Positions 10,158 through 21,663 of a stretch of 64,000 bases of DNA are shown piece after piece; the stretch's first letter is position 1, and every line of letters begins with the position of its first letter. The notes under the pieces are model-generated. The model worked only from the letters and a program-made list of their open reading frames with translations, was not told where the DNA came from and did not search any database. The stretch is from Bdellovibrionales bacterium (GTDB taxonomy: Bacteria; Bdellovibrionota; Bdellovibrionia; Bdellovibrionales; UBA1609): assembly GCA_965203095.1 (NCBI GenBank), contig OZ241877.1, forward strand, positions 1,248,001 through 1,312,000, given 5' to 3'. The translations under genes and the position numbers were made by a program.

Positions 10158-11510
10158 ATGTATTTAAAAAAACTTTTATTTATTTTCTCTTTTATTATTT
10201 GCTTCCCTCCTGTGGCTCAAGCTTACCCCTGGATGTTTTTTCGGGAAGGAAAACCACTGGAAATATTGGAGTTAGACACTCATCTTTCCTATTTTGCAAA
10301 AAATAAGGCCACAGTTTTTTCCAGTGCTAAAGCCAACTACCACCGGCCGGAATTGGATATCAATGTAGGTTGGACTTACTCTTTTTTAGAAAAAATCCAT
10401 TACTTCCGCCTGAGCGAGTTGGCTGTGGTCTTCCCTCTCATTTCTAAAAAATGGACTTTTAGCCTGGGCTTTAAAGATGTTTTATGGAGCACAGCAGACA
10501 GGTATTGGAACTATGGTTTATGGCAACCTCGCTATCTACTGGACGCTTTTCGCCCTGTTCAGATGGGTTTACCGGGGCTCCATATAAATTATAAGGGAGA
10601 CACTTCTGTTTCGCTTTTGCTCTCTTATTTTTATCTGCCAGACATTATTATTTACCCTCAACTGAAAGATAAAAAAATCAGTTCTAAAAATCCTTTTTTT
10701 GTCGGTTCTTTCGGGAAATTTGAATGGGATATTAATGAAAAAGATCTCTTCCGGTTAACAAAATTTTTTGAGCCTGTAGCGGCTTTTCAAATCAAACACT
10801 CCATAAAAAAATCTCATGTGGCCTTTTCTTATGCCTATAAGCCTGTCAATCAATTAAACTATTCCATTTTAATGCAAGGGACTAACTTGTCTGACAGCTC
10901 CGATCAACTCACCGTTAAGGATTTTAATTACTCTGTCCTGTCTCATCATCTCACTGGTTTAGAGGGGGAAATAGCTTTAGCTGAAAATCTATCCGTATTT
11001 GCCAGTTTGTTTTATGAAAAGCCACAAAACCAGCCTACTCCAGGGGATTGGGTTAGTGATGAGTTTGAATCTCATACCACGCTTTCCCTCATAGCTTATT
11101 TTCAAGAGAATTGGGGAGAGGATCTAAAAACCTTATTCACATTAGGCTGGACAAAGACGATTGAAAATCGATCTCAAAAAGCCAAAAGCAATATATGGAC
11201 AGAGGATGTGGAGAGGCTTTTTGGCAGAAGTTTTAATTGGAAGGAGGCCATCAGTGGGTCTGTAGAATATCAAAACAAAAACTGGCTGGAAGGTTTTTTA
11301 ATGAGATTTCGTGCCAACTACGCTTTGGATAATGGCTTTTATGCCTTAGCTTGGGAAAATTATTTTTATTTGACCAAACATATTAGGATGTATTTATCAG
11401 GCGATGGGATTTTTCGCTCTTCTAAAGAAAAGTCTCCTGTTGGATCTTCTTCTATTGAGGATTATAAAGGTTTGTCTCGTTTGCTTGTAGGAGCACAATA
11501 TGTTTTTTAA
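10158..11510 (+). CDS. Putative outer-membrane beta-barrel protein
   Basis: Signal peptide (AQA), alternating aromatic/polar strands, C-terminal VGAQYVF; paralog of 13857. Confidence 0.65.
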   Translation: MYLKKLLFIFSFIICFPPVAQAYPWMFFREGKPLEILELDTHLSYFAKNKATVFSSAKANYHRPELDINVGWTYSFLEKIHYFRLSELAVVFPLISKKWTFSLGFKDVLWSTADRYWNYGLWQPRYLLDAFRPVQMGLPGLHINYKGDTSVSLLLSYFYLPDIIIYPQLKDKKISSKNPFFVGSFGKFEWDINEKDLFRLTKFFEPVAAFQIKHSIKKSHVAFSYAYKPVNQLNYSILMQGTNLSDSSDQLTVKDFNYSVLSHHLTGLEGEIALAENLSVFASLFYEKPQNQPTPGDWVSDEFESHTTLSLIAYFQENWGEDLKTLFTLGWTKTIENRSQKAKSNIWTEDVERLFGRSFNWKEAISGSVEYQNKNWLEGFLMRFRANYALDNGFYALAWENYFYLTKHIRMYLSGDGIFRSSKEKSPVGSSSIEDYKGLSRLLVGAQYVF

Positions 11511-13848
11511 AAAACTTCTTCCCTCTTTTTTTATTTTTTGCCTCCCTTTGGCTTCTTATTCTTCTACGGTGACTTTTTTTTCAGACGCCACTTGCCAGGA
11601 AGTGTCTCATAAAAGAGCTAAAAGCGATTCTGACTTTTTCGGGCAATTCACCTGTGCTAAAGATATAAAAAATTATTACCCCGCTTTAATGAAGGGCCAG
11701 TTAGATTGGCCTCAACAAAAAAGATTTTTCCGTTGTTTGCATGACGGTTTGGAGCTGATTGTTGAAAAACATATTTTTATCCATGACTCTCATCGTGATT
11801 ATTTTACAAAAAACGAAATTTTTAAAATGTTCCATTGGTATTTTAAATATGATTGCTCGCAGTCTGGCCGTATAACTGATCAGTTATTTGCCATAAAAAA
11901 ACTTCTTATTGGAGGTTCAATAGATAGATTAAAAGATAAGGAGCTGGCCGATCTTTACAAGCTGATGTATGACTATCGAGACATATACTATATCTTGCAT
12001 AGGGAAATTCCCATTTTTAAAAAAGCTCTTACAGGAGAAATAGGGAGCCTCACTATGGAGGAAACCGATCTGGCTATGGAACAGTTAAGGAAAGCTTTTA
12101 TCCTTTTAGAACGAGCTTATCTTCGTGAAAAGATTGTTTATTCTGTAGAAGATTTAAATAAATACGATCAGTATTTACAGCAATCAGGTATGATAGGGCG
12201 AAAGGAGGCACAAAGTGTCCGGCCGGCAGGTGTGCTTTTAAAAAATTTATTTGAGGGGTTATTATTTCCTGAAAAAGCTATTTATGGGGACAGCTGGCCT
12301 GTGGCTATTCGCTCTTTTTATGAAGTCTTCCGTTTGCTTTTCCATTATAAAACTCATTTCTCTGATGATATGGAATCAGTTGTTTGGACTTACAGAGTTC
12401 TTGAAGGTGCTGTTTTTTTTCTATCTGCCTTAGGGCTTGAGGGAACTCAATTTTTAGGCGACAGGAGAGGTTTCCCTTTAAGAAATTTAGACAAAATGCT
12501 TTCGGTTTTATTTTCTTTTTTTGATTCCAGTAGAAAAGGAATTGGGCAAAATAGTTTTTGGACAAAAAATCTTCAAAGTTCAGCTTTACCCTTACTTACA
12601 AGAACTTTAACTTGCTTTTCCCTATCTTTCCATAGTGAAAAAAATTGTGACAGTCACTGGGGGGAGGGGCCATCAGATCCTGTTATCACCCTGACTTTTC
12701 CTGATATGTTTTTTAAGATTTTTCCCAATCGAGTCAAAACTCAAAGAATTTCCGGGGCCACAACATTCATTAACCAAAGAAAACTTAATTTTTTAAAAAA
12801 TTGGCTTGTGGATTATAAAGATAGCCTTTGGCGGATTCATTATGGAGAGGGGTATGAGCTGGCTACTGAAAGAGGCTTTGCTCATTGGTTAAACTCTTTT
12901 TTTGGATGGGAGCCAAAAAGTGAAAGAATAGTGTTTGGCTCTTTTCATCGCCCAAAAACTCTTGACAAAATTTATCAATTATTTGGCTATCAAACTCTTT
13001 TGCCTCTTTTATTTTCCTCTTACTTGCCAAACAAATTTTTCTCACCTAATTCCAATGGAAAATTAGATTCCATTTCGTTAAAAACATGGCGAAAGATAGT
13101 TAAAGAGGTTATGCCTGCTTTGCTGATTTTTAGTGGAGGCAAAGGCTGGAAGTATTCTTTAGAGAAATCCTTTATCGATATGTTCCATTTCGCAGATTCT
13201 TTTTTGATCTCCTCTAACAGAGATGAAGAGCTGAACTCTCGTGAACTTATGGATCTCACAACATATCTTTTAGAAAGCATAAAAACTGTTCGGCTGGCGG
13301 AAAGTAAGATGCCGAACTGCCTGAGCACAAAGGGTTTAGCAATTCACTGTGTTGTTAAAAAAGTTTTAAATGATCCAGATGTGCTGTCTGTTTATCCTCG
13401 ATTTCAAAAATATCTTTTTCCCTCTCAAATAAACTCTTATAGGGAAAAGATGACAGCTGTTCTCGGAGGAGATAAAAAAGACTGGACAGAGGTTTTTAGC
13501 CTTTTGCCATTGTTTATTTTGATACAAACAATGGAGACAAATTACAATCAGATAGATACCAACCAGTCTTTTAACTTGGAGTCGCATGAACTGGCTCAAT
13601 TTGCAAAAAAATTTGAAGAGCAATTAGCTCATCAAATTCCATTTATCTTTAATAAAGAGCAAGCTCGCTCCTATTTAATGTATAGCTTTAAAACAGGAGA
13701 TATGCCATTCTTTACAGGAGACAGATGGACTCCTCTTGATTTTTCTCATTGGCATTTGAATCCAAAAAATCAAAAAGATTTTTTTATCACAGCTAATAAT
13801 TTTCATTTCCTTATCTTTGATTTTTATCAACTCTATCAAAATCTCTAA
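11500..13848 (+). CDS. Large exported hypothetical protein with EF-hand-like loops
   Basis: 782-aa ORF with signal peptide and loops SSNRDEELNSRE and DTNQSFNLESHE. Confidence 0.65.
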   Translation: MFFKKLLPSFFIFCLPLASYSSTVTFFSDATCQEVSHKRAKSDSDFFGQFTCAKDIKNYYPALMKGQLDWPQQKRFFRCLHDGLELIVEKHIFIHDSHRDYFTKNEIFKMFHWYFKYDCSQSGRITDQLFAIKKLLIGGSIDRLKDKELADLYKLMYDYRDIYYILHREIPIFKKALTGEIGSLTMEETDLAMEQLRKAFILLERAYLREKIVYSVEDLNKYDQYLQQSGMIGRKEAQSVRPAGVLLKNLFEGLLFPEKAIYGDSWPVAIRSFYEVFRLLFHYKTHFSDDMESVVWTYRVLEGAVFFLSALGLEGTQFLGDRRGFPLRNLDKMLSVLFSFFDSSRKGIGQNSFWTKNLQSSALPLLTRTLTCFSLSFHSEKNCDSHWGEGPSDPVITLTFPDMFFKIFPNRVKTQRISGATTFINQRKLNFLKNWLVDYKDSLWRIHYGEGYELATERGFAHWLNSFFGWEPKSERIVFGSFHRPKTLDKIYQLFGYQTLLPLLFSSYLPNKFFSPNSNGKLDSISLKTWRKIVKEVMPALLIFSGGKGWKYSLEKSFIDMFHFADSFLISSNRDEELNSRELMDLTTYLLESIKTVRLAESKMPNCLSTKGLAIHCVVKKVLNDPDVLSVYPRFQKYLFPSQINSYREKMTAVLGGDKKDWTEVFSLLPLFILIQTMETNYNQIDTNQSFNLESHELAQFAKKFEEQLAHQIPFIFNKEQARSYLMYSFKTGDMPFFTGDRWTPLDFSHWHLNPKNQKDFFITANNFHFLIFDFYQLYQNL

Positions 13849-13856
13849 GGTTTTTT

Positions 13857-15245
13857 ATGAACAGGAAATTTATTTTCTTGCTTTTTTTAGCACTGTTTTA
13901 CCCAAAACTTTCTTTAACCAGCTCATTAGATATGGAATGGCAACATTTTATATCCCCCCCTGGCTTAAAAAACCAGTTAAAAGATTATGCTTTTTTAAAA
14001 TGGAATCAAAAAAATAATTGGCAAGCAAAACCTTTTCGCTTTAATTCGCATATTCAGGCTGAATATGCTTTAGATCGAAGTCGAATCTTTTATTTTAATG
14101 TTTCTGAATTGTATTTTGCTTATAAATATAAGATGAAAAAGCCTCTTTATTTTATCAATTCCATTGAACTGAATGTAGGGCGAAAAATCAAAATATGGAG
14201 TTTAGCTGATGAATATTGGGATTTGGGTTTATGGAATCCTTTAAACCGATGGAATCCTCTTCACCCTCAAACTGATGGGTTGGTGGGTTCTTTATTAACA
14301 TTAAAATCTCACCAGTGGTCTGTTGATTTTTTTCTGGGTGCTTTGCACTTGTCCGCTCAAGAAGCACAACTTGTTGAGGAAAATGGCGAACTCTATTCTC
14401 GGTCGCGATGGTTTTCCCCTTTGCCTAATCAAATAGACACATTAAATGTAGATATTAATTATTTTATCCGCACCCCTTTTGTTTTTGATGTTTTATTTCA
14501 ACAAAGTTATTTGTTAAGTTTTAAAACTTGGTCATCCACACCGGAGACTTATTATTGGATGAAATGGGCTTTAGCAGATAAGCCAGTCAACCATTCCTTC
14601 ACTGTGCTAAATGAAACTAACCTTTTAAGACTGGAGCAAAATGGGGATTCTTTAGGAAGTGTCAATCAAAAAATCACTACTCTTCCTGTTCGTCAGAGAA
14701 TTTTATCAGCAGAATGGGGTTTGGATTACAATAACTTTTCTGCTGTTTTTACTTTGGAAAATACTAAAATGAGAGAAGTAGAGATTAGCCCAAAAGGTTG
14801 GAGTTTTTTTAACCGTCGAGAAAATTTCACTTACTTTTCCTCTTTATTAAAATATAATTTTCGGCCTAAGAGTTTTATTCAAGTGGCCTACATTCAATCA
14901 TGGTTTAAAAATTATAACATTCAATCTAATAACGAGATAGGTAAAAAAACACCATCCATTTTACAGAGATATAAAGTTTTAAGAGGCATAGGTGTTGATT
15001 GGCAAACTGAGTTTTTATCCTCTAAGGGCCTAAAACGAGTTTTCACTTTAAACTACCGATATCATTTTTTAAATGAAGGGGCTTGGCTTTTTCTTCAGGC
15101 ATTGTATTATATTACCCCACAAATTTACAGCTCTGTGGGTGTAGATATTTTAGGTGGTAAAACAGGGGAATCTCAAAAGAATTTTCTCTTGAGTAAATAT
15201 CGGCACAATGATTTTTTTTCGTGGAGGTGGGGTTATGAATTTTAA
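13857..15245 (+). CDS. Putative outer-membrane beta-barrel protein
   Basis: Signal peptide, C-terminal SWRWGYEF; WSLADEYWDLGLWNP matches WSTADRYWNYGLWQP of 10158. Confidence 0.65.
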   Translation: MNRKFIFLLFLALFYPKLSLTSSLDMEWQHFISPPGLKNQLKDYAFLKWNQKNNWQAKPFRFNSHIQAEYALDRSRIFYFNVSELYFAYKYKMKKPLYFINSIELNVGRKIKIWSLADEYWDLGLWNPLNRWNPLHPQTDGLVGSLLTLKSHQWSVDFFLGALHLSAQEAQLVEENGELYSRSRWFSPLPNQIDTLNVDINYFIRTPFVFDVLFQQSYLLSFKTWSSTPETYYWMKWALADKPVNHSFTVLNETNLLRLEQNGDSLGSVNQKITTLPVRQRILSAEWGLDYNNFSAVFTLENTKMREVEISPKGWSFFNRRENFTYFSSLLKYNFRPKSFIQVAYIQSWFKNYNIQSNNEIGKKTPSILQRYKVLRGIGVDWQTEFLSSKGLKRVFTLNYRYHFLNEGAWLFLQALYYITPQIYSSVGVDILGGKTGESQKNFLLSKYRHNDFFSWRWGYEF

Positions 15246-16515
15246 ATCTATATTCTTTTTTCCTCTTGTCATACTCTTACTCCCTCATTGTGGATTAAAA
15301 GTGGGGGAACCGGCCCCTTCTATTTTTAAATACAAACTGCCCCCCAGTGCGGGCTATTGTAAAGAAGTCAATTATAAATCCCTATTTGGTTCTTATTTTT
15401 TGGCAGAACAGGTGGAGGGTTCTCGCGATAGATCTCAAAACAACAAATTGGATAAAGCTTTAGAATGCCTTATTGCTAAAGTCCAGATGGCTGTGGATAC
15501 GATTGATCATGAGTATTTGGAAAAATCGGAATTGATCCATATTTTAAATCAAGATTTTATCAAAACAAAAGAGATAACACCTATTATAGATCATATTCTG
15601 AAACCGGATCGTTTCAACCATTACATTTTAATTAAAGACGCTGTGGCAGATCTCATTGAGGAAAATCCTGATAGCCCTTTTGTTCGTGGTGAAAACATGT
15701 GCCAAAAAAGAACTGTGGGAAAAGTAATTATTTCAAAACAAGAGGCATTGGCTTTTATGGATTTTTTAAAAAGATTGTCAGACTTCCTTTTAATAGTTGA
15801 TCGTAGTGCTTATGAAATTTTTGATCAATTTTTCAAAAACAAAAAAGCCAGCCCTACCTTGTTATCAAAAGAAAACTTAGGAGAATCTCATTATTTTAAC
15901 AATCATTTTATTCCTTTTTTATCTGAGTATTTTCATGATGATTTTCCGGAATATAGCCAATTTTTATCCAAAAATTTTCTTATGGAAAACTGGAAGGCGA
16001 AATCAAAAGCAAAATATAGCCCTTTTAGCCGGGTGGGACATATAAGAAAACATATCAAAACAAAAAAAATGGAGGAAGTGGGACAGCCCTTAGCGAATAT
16101 GGCCAAACTCCCTTTTTCATCCTCTGATGTTTTAACAGCTCAAAATATTAAATACATAGTGCTCAATATTTATATAATGAAAACATTTTTTTCTCTTTAT
16201 GATGTGAATAAAGATTCTGTTTTAAGCCCAGAGGAGATAAAGCCTTTGTCCTGCCTTATGACTTTTTTGCTATCTGTTTTTATATCTCCTGAGGCACAAA
16301 GTGAGTGGGGCTGGATTCAAGATCTGTATGCTCCGGAAAGCATTGTCAATTATGCATTGAAACGGCAAACACTGCCATCAGATATATCGGGATATATTGA
16401 TTATGGATTTTATTTTATTTTTTCTGACAAAGAATTAGAAGATTTATCTTATATGGATGTTTCACGCTTGATTTCTGTTCTGTTTCTGACTCTTTTTAAT
16501 GAGATAAAACTTTAG
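15235..16515 (+). CDS. Putative lipoprotein with EF-hand-like loop
   Basis: ATG at 15235 follows GGAGG; hydrophobic leader ending LLPHC-G; loop DVNKDSVLSPEE. Confidence 0.6.
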   Translation: MNFKSIFFFPLVILLLPHCGLKVGEPAPSIFKYKLPPSAGYCKEVNYKSLFGSYFLAEQVEGSRDRSQNNKLDKALECLIAKVQMAVDTIDHEYLEKSELIHILNQDFIKTKEITPIIDHILKPDRFNHYILIKDAVADLIEENPDSPFVRGENMCQKRTVGKVIISKQEALAFMDFLKRLSDFLLIVDRSAYEIFDQFFKNKKASPTLLSKENLGESHYFNNHFIPFLSEYFHDDFPEYSQFLSKNFLMENWKAKSKAKYSPFSRVGHIRKHIKTKKMEEVGQPLANMAKLPFSSSDVLTAQNIKYIVLNIYIMKTFFSLYDVNKDSVLSPEEIKPLSCLMTFLLSVFISPEAQSEWGWIQDLYAPESIVNYALKRQTLPSDISGYIDYGFYFIFSDKELEDLSYMDVSRLISVLFLTLFNEIKL

Positions 16516-16698
16516 GTTCATGGGTATTAAAATGGCCTTTTTTACGGAGGATTAAAAATAAAGGATAGCTTTCATGCCTGTTTTTTCTTTTCTTTTTTTT
16601 GCCTCTTTCGCCTTTCCTGAAGAGGCAAGAATCCCTAAAGCCTCTTTAAGTAAATCAAACCTTCAAGTGATAGGGCAAACTCAAAAAACTCTTAGCCA

Positions 16699-16723
16699 GT
16701 CATTCCCGCGAAAGCGAGAATCC
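16699..16723 (+). repeat. RPE/dRS3-like short palindrome in frame within a CDS
   Basis: GTCATTCCCGCGAAAGCGAGAATCC, one mismatch to 31589-31613; encodes SFPRKRES. Confidence 0.75.
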
Positions 16724-17762
16724 ATTCCCATTTTATTTTTCCAAAGCCAAAAAAAAAGAGAAAAAAAGCTTTATGCTCAGGCACAAAACCCCTCTGGCAG
16801 TTCACCTTTTTTTGAAAAAAGACTTCAGCACAGGAGACAAGGGCCAGAAAACCCTCCCTCTCCCCCCTGCCATATCAACAAAAAATGTTTGAACCAGCTA
16901 CACAACAAGCTCTTAAACAAGAAGGATGAAGATAGCATACATTTTAACTGCCAATGGGCTTATAAGAACAATCACCTTTGTTGTAAAAACCCTACGGACT
17001 GTTTCCTCTCTTATGCTACAGATGAGATTAAAGAGGAGTTAGATGATAAGCTCAAGACTCTTGTTGTATCTCAAGCTTGCTCTCAGGAGGGGATTTCTTC
17101 TTTAAACTCTTTTTTGTCTGACTTTCAGGGGGATTTTTGTGAAAAGGGAGTTCGGCATTGTAAAGAGTTTTGTGAGCATACGCTTAGGGATTTTCAGCAA
17201 AGTTTTAGGGCTTGTTTTTCCATAAAAAAATCTGTTTCTATAGATGAGGCATTGAGGAGAGCCAGGCAAGATCCCTTATGTCACAGGGAAATGAGCAAAA
17301 TATCTCAAATTTATAAAGAATTGAGTTTTGATTCTTTGAGTGGTTTTTATAAAAATTTGAAATGGGAGTCTTTGTTGAGTTTTCGTGAGGCTCTTTCTTT
17401 TGAGGATTTTGTGGATTGTGAGCGGGTGAGGGAGGGGAAGGGGGATGGGAGTTTTAAAAGCTCAGCTTTTTCTATGTGTCAGATGGCCAGCGCTATAAAA
17501 TCAGGTGCGGATGTTCTTGCAGGTTCTAAGGCAAATAATCCAGAGGAGGAAAACACAGAGGAAAACTTAAATAACGAGGGATCAAAGAGTTCTGCGGGAG
17601 GAGGTTTTGTGGGCGAAGGTTATCAGCCCTCTGTTTCAAATTTTCCTCTAAACCCCTCTTTTCCTGATGAAGGAAAAGGCTTGCTGGAAGAGGACAAAAA
17701 GGATTTGAGCAAAAGAGAGCTTTCTTCCATAAAGACTCCTTCACTAAAAGAACCTTTACTTA

Positions 17763-18897
17763 TACTGGTTTGATTTAAAAAATCAAGTTTTTTTGATAAA
17801 GGTTTAGTTTTTGGCATTATGAGTTTTCCAAATCTTTTGGATGTTCTATAATATGTTTCTATGAACTCATTTTTAACTGGCAAGCAAAAAGCAGAGCTTT
17901 TAACTTTTCTTCGTTTGGAAAGGAATCGTAGGCGAGCGGATCGTATCCGGGTTATTTTGTTGCTGGATAGTGGAGAGTCTGTCACCGATATTGCGAGATT
18001 TTTATTTTTTGATGAAGGAACTATCAGAAACTGCAAAAGGCGTTATGAAGAAGGAGGTTTGTCGAGGTTGGTTTATGACGATCATAGAGGTCGCATGTCG
18101 TATTTATCTGAGGAACAACGGAAGAAACTGGTTTTGGAGTTGGAGTCAAAGGTATATCCCACAACAAAGGCAGTTGTTTTATATGTTCAAAAGACATTTG
18201 GGGTTGTTTATACTGTGAATGGAATGACGGCTTTACTTCACAAGTTAGATTTTTCATATAAGAAGCCAAAGGGTGTGCCTGGGAAGGCTGATATTGAGAA
18301 GCAGAAGGTGTTTATTCAAAGATATCGCAGGATAAAAAAGAGAGGTGATTTAGTGTATTTTGCGGATTCAACTCATCCTATGCTCAATCCTGTAATATCA
18401 TCGGGTTGGATTAAGAAGGGGGTGGAGTTTAAGGTTAAAACTAATTCAGGTCGTGAGCGGGTGAATATAAATGGTGCGATAGAGATAAATAGTTTAGATT
18501 TTGTCAGTAGAAGCTGTGAGAGGGTTAATAAAAATTCAATGCAGGAGTTATTGCGAGCTGTGAGGGCGAGACAGCCTATGAGGGATAAAAGGTTGTATTT
18601 GGTTTTAGACAATGCACCATATAACAGGGCCTTTCAGGTGAGGGATTTAGCGAAAAGTTTGGATATTACTTTGCTGTATTTGCCTCCATTTTCTCCTAAT
18701 TTGAATCCTATTGAGAGGTTTTGGAAATTTGTAAAGAAGAAGACAATGGCTAATGTGTATTTTTCAGATCTTAAAACTTTTCGTAAAGAGTTGATGCTGT
18801 TTTTAAGAGGTGTTAGAAAATACAGGGCTGAATTGTCCATGCTTATTACTGATAATTTTCATGTCATCGAAACCTGAAAATTCAAACAAGACCAGTA
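17763..18897 (+). mobile_element. IS630-family insertion sequence, copy 1 (1135 bp, TA duplication)
   Basis: Ends TACTGGT...ACCAGTA flanked by TA on both sides; second copy at 36136-37270. Confidence 0.93.
17861..18877 (+). CDS. IS630 transposase
   Basis: N-terminal HTH; DDE residues in FADSTH, LVLDNA and YLPPFSPNLNPIERFW. Confidence 0.95.
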   Translation: MNSFLTGKQKAELLTFLRLERNRRRADRIRVILLLDSGESVTDIARFLFFDEGTIRNCKRRYEEGGLSRLVYDDHRGRMSYLSEEQRKKLVLELESKVYPTTKAVVLYVQKTFGVVYTVNGMTALLHKLDFSYKKPKGVPGKADIEKQKVFIQRYRRIKKRGDLVYFADSTHPMLNPVISSGWIKKGVEFKVKTNSGRERVNINGAIEINSLDFVSRSCERVNKNSMQELLRAVRARQPMRDKRLYLVLDNAPYNRAFQVRDLAKSLDITLLYLPPFSPNLNPIERFWKFVKKKTMANVYFSDLKTFRKELMLFLRGVRKYRAELSMLITDNFHVIET

Positions 18898-21598
18898 TAA
18901 AAGCCCAGAAAGTTCTATTTCAAAAAAAGCTTTATCTTCAAAAGCTATAGCGGGAAAAACCCAAGAAAACTCTCAATTAAATCCTCAATCTATTAACAAG
19001 GCCAAAACTTCTACTCCTCCTCAAGCCGTTAATCCACTGGGATCAGGGGCAAAAATTCCTGAAGGAGCTTATAAAGCTCCCTCTTATGAAGATTATTTAG
19101 GAGGGAGGTCCCCTTCTTCAAAAATATCTTCTTCAGAAAAGGCGTGGAGAGAATTGTTTGAAGACTCTCCCCTATCTAAAGAACCCCAAGGTTTTTTTGA
19201 AAAAACAGAGGATTTTTGGTTTCATTTTGTTGGGAAACCCCGTCAATACTTCAGTAAGTTGTGGTTTTCTAAGCTTAGGGGTGGCCCACAAGTGGTCTAT
19301 CAGATGCTGTTTCAATCGGTATCAGCCCCTCAATTAGAGCCTTTGTTTGTTCAGGAACATCAAAAGTATCTTCCTCAACCTGTTTTTAAAAGCTATGATC
19401 TTCTGAGAGGAAAACCCGCTGGTCTTTTAGTTGAAATCAAATACAAATTGCCCAAGCTTTGTCTTCAGTTGAGAGGTCCTAAAAAATGTTTCCCAAAAAG
19501 AGAGTTTAAGTTAAAATTACAGGTTAAAGAGGATAAAAATATTCCTACCTTTTGCCATTCTGTAAGTAAAGAGGAAGGGAGGCTTGTAATAGAGGCGGAT
19601 GATAAAAATGAAGAGCCTTGTTTTTTTAATAGTGAGGAGTTTTTTTCATCAAGGGATTCTCATAAGGTTCATAAAAATTCCTCTCAAGATTTTTTTGAAG
19701 GCTCAGTTTTTAAGTTGATAGAGTTTCCCACAAGATTTATAGAGCCTGTGGATTTGAAGGAGTATATTGATATTGGTGAGCTGACAAACATTAGTTATCC
19801 TTTCAATGTTTTGCTTTCTTTTTCTGGTTTTAATGATCGGGTAGTGAAGGATATTGATGGTGAAAATTCCCATGTTCCGGTTCGTATAAACATTGTGGAG
19901 TTGAAAAAGGCTTTTTTGCCAGATATGTCTATTCTTCGGTCGATGAGGAATGGGGAAAGAGCTACTCCGGGGAAGTCTATTTTAAAGCTATTTCGTGCAA
20001 GGGAGAAAGAAATCATTTTGCCCAATATGTCTGTTTTAGAAAACAGAGTATCTTGGAAGAAGGGCTTAGGGAATTGTGAGAAAAACATTAAAAATTATTT
20101 TAAAACCAGGCTCTCTTCTTCCAATGTTTTTTGCGTAAATGCTTTGGATCTTTGGTCATTGAATTTGGGTTGGACAAGGATTAAGGGGGCGGAAGGAGCA
20201 AGCGATATTGCGGGGGTTAAAAAAGGGACTGAGGAGGCTTTGAGAATCAAAAGGGCAGAGGCGGATAAGAAAAGATGCATTTTAAGTGAGGAGGAAGCCG
20301 AGATAAATGCTAAAATCCCAAACTGGGGGGAAAGCAGTAAAAATGGCTATAAAATGACAGATTTGGAAAAAGTTCAAGCCTTTGCTTCTTCAGAGGAGAT
20401 AAGAATTTTTGTGCCCACAGTGTTTCCCATTGCGGAGATCAGCTCAGAGGTTTTAAGGACTACAGTAGGTAAAGATTTTGTTATTGGGAGTTGTGATACT
20501 TATACAACAGCTCAAGAATATTCGTCTTTTCAAAAAGATTCTGTTCCCGATTTAGATTTTTGCCGGGAGATTTATGTTCATCCTAAACTTTATCATCGTT
20601 ATCAAACTTATGGTTTGTTAAATGACCTTCAACTTTTAGAGGATGAAAGATTTAAAGGCGATTTTAGCAAACTTATTGTTGTGGTTCCAAGGGATTATTT
20701 TGTCTACCATGGTATTCAAAGGGAGGGGGAGCATGAACCAGAAGTTTATGGCTGGACCCCTTTGCCTTATTTTAAACAGACGGCAGGGGGGTATTTAGCT
20801 GACCTGGGTTGGGGTTTTCTTGGAGGAATTACTTTTATTCGGGAGGATCAGTTGGATCGAGGGGTTTTAAGCCATGAGTTGGCTCATCTTTTAGGCCAGC
20901 GGAGGGATTTTTATGATCAAGAGGGAAAGCAACAGCAAAAGTGCCGCAGGTTTTCCGGGGATGAGTTGATTCCTTGTGATGGATACAAAATCCCAAGGGC
21001 TTTAGAGGTTAAATTAGATAAGGAGAACAAACAAATTTGGCAATTTATAAGAAATAGATTCAGCATTATGGACAATAAAAATGAGCCTGATATTGAAAAT
21101 GTTTTAGAAATTTTATGGATAGATCGGGAGAGCCATCAGAGAGTGTTTTCACCTTACGCTAAAGTCAGTTCTGTTCTTTACGAGATTAAAAATTTTAGAA
21201 GCCATTTACCTAAAAAGAAGATTAAACCAAAAAAGCTTTTAGTTTCTGGTTTTTACGATAAGAAGAGGAATCGGTTTTTATCTCCTCAGTTGAGGGTTTT
21301 AGAGACGGACGGGATAACTCCTTCTTTATCTAAGGACTGGGATGTGAAGGAAGTGTCTTTAGTTTCATTTCATGTAAAAAACAGGGAGGGCTCTCCTTTG
21401 CAGACGATTCGTCGTCCTGCTTTTGATGTGGAGTCCCGATTTCTTTATGAGGAGGGGAAGAGTAGAGAATGTGGTTCCAAGTCTTTTGGTTTATCGATGG
21501 TTTCAGCTATTTTTAATTTATCAAAGTTGAAGACGGAGGCAAAGGATCTCAAACTTTCGGTTTTTGGCCCGGAGGGGGAGGAAATTTTTTCCTCCTTC

Positions 21599-21663
21599 TT
21601 GCCTGAGGATTGACAAAATCCCATAAAATAGTTTATAGTTTTTTCATTATGAAGTTCTTTTTT
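21599..21663 (+). repeat. ~65-bp direct repeat containing a promoter and start codon, copy 1
   Basis: TTGCCTGAGGATTGACAAAATCCCATAAAATAG..TATAGT..CATTATGAAGTTCTTTTTT recurs at 22313-22378. Confidence 0.85.

Larger units (their letters stand above)
16574..21613 (+). pseudogene. Large secreted Cys-rich / HEXXH zinc-metallopeptidase-like gene split by IS630
   Basis: Removing the IS and one TA joins 16574-17762 to 18900-21613 in frame (...EPLLKSPESS...) for 1300 aa. VLSHELAHLLG motif in the C-terminal part. Confidence 0.8.

Noticed and set aside
17623..18840. Alternative-frame and antisense ORFs in the IS630 (also at 36080-37213)
   Set aside because: They overlap an intact single-ORF transposase and recur only because the IS is duplicated.
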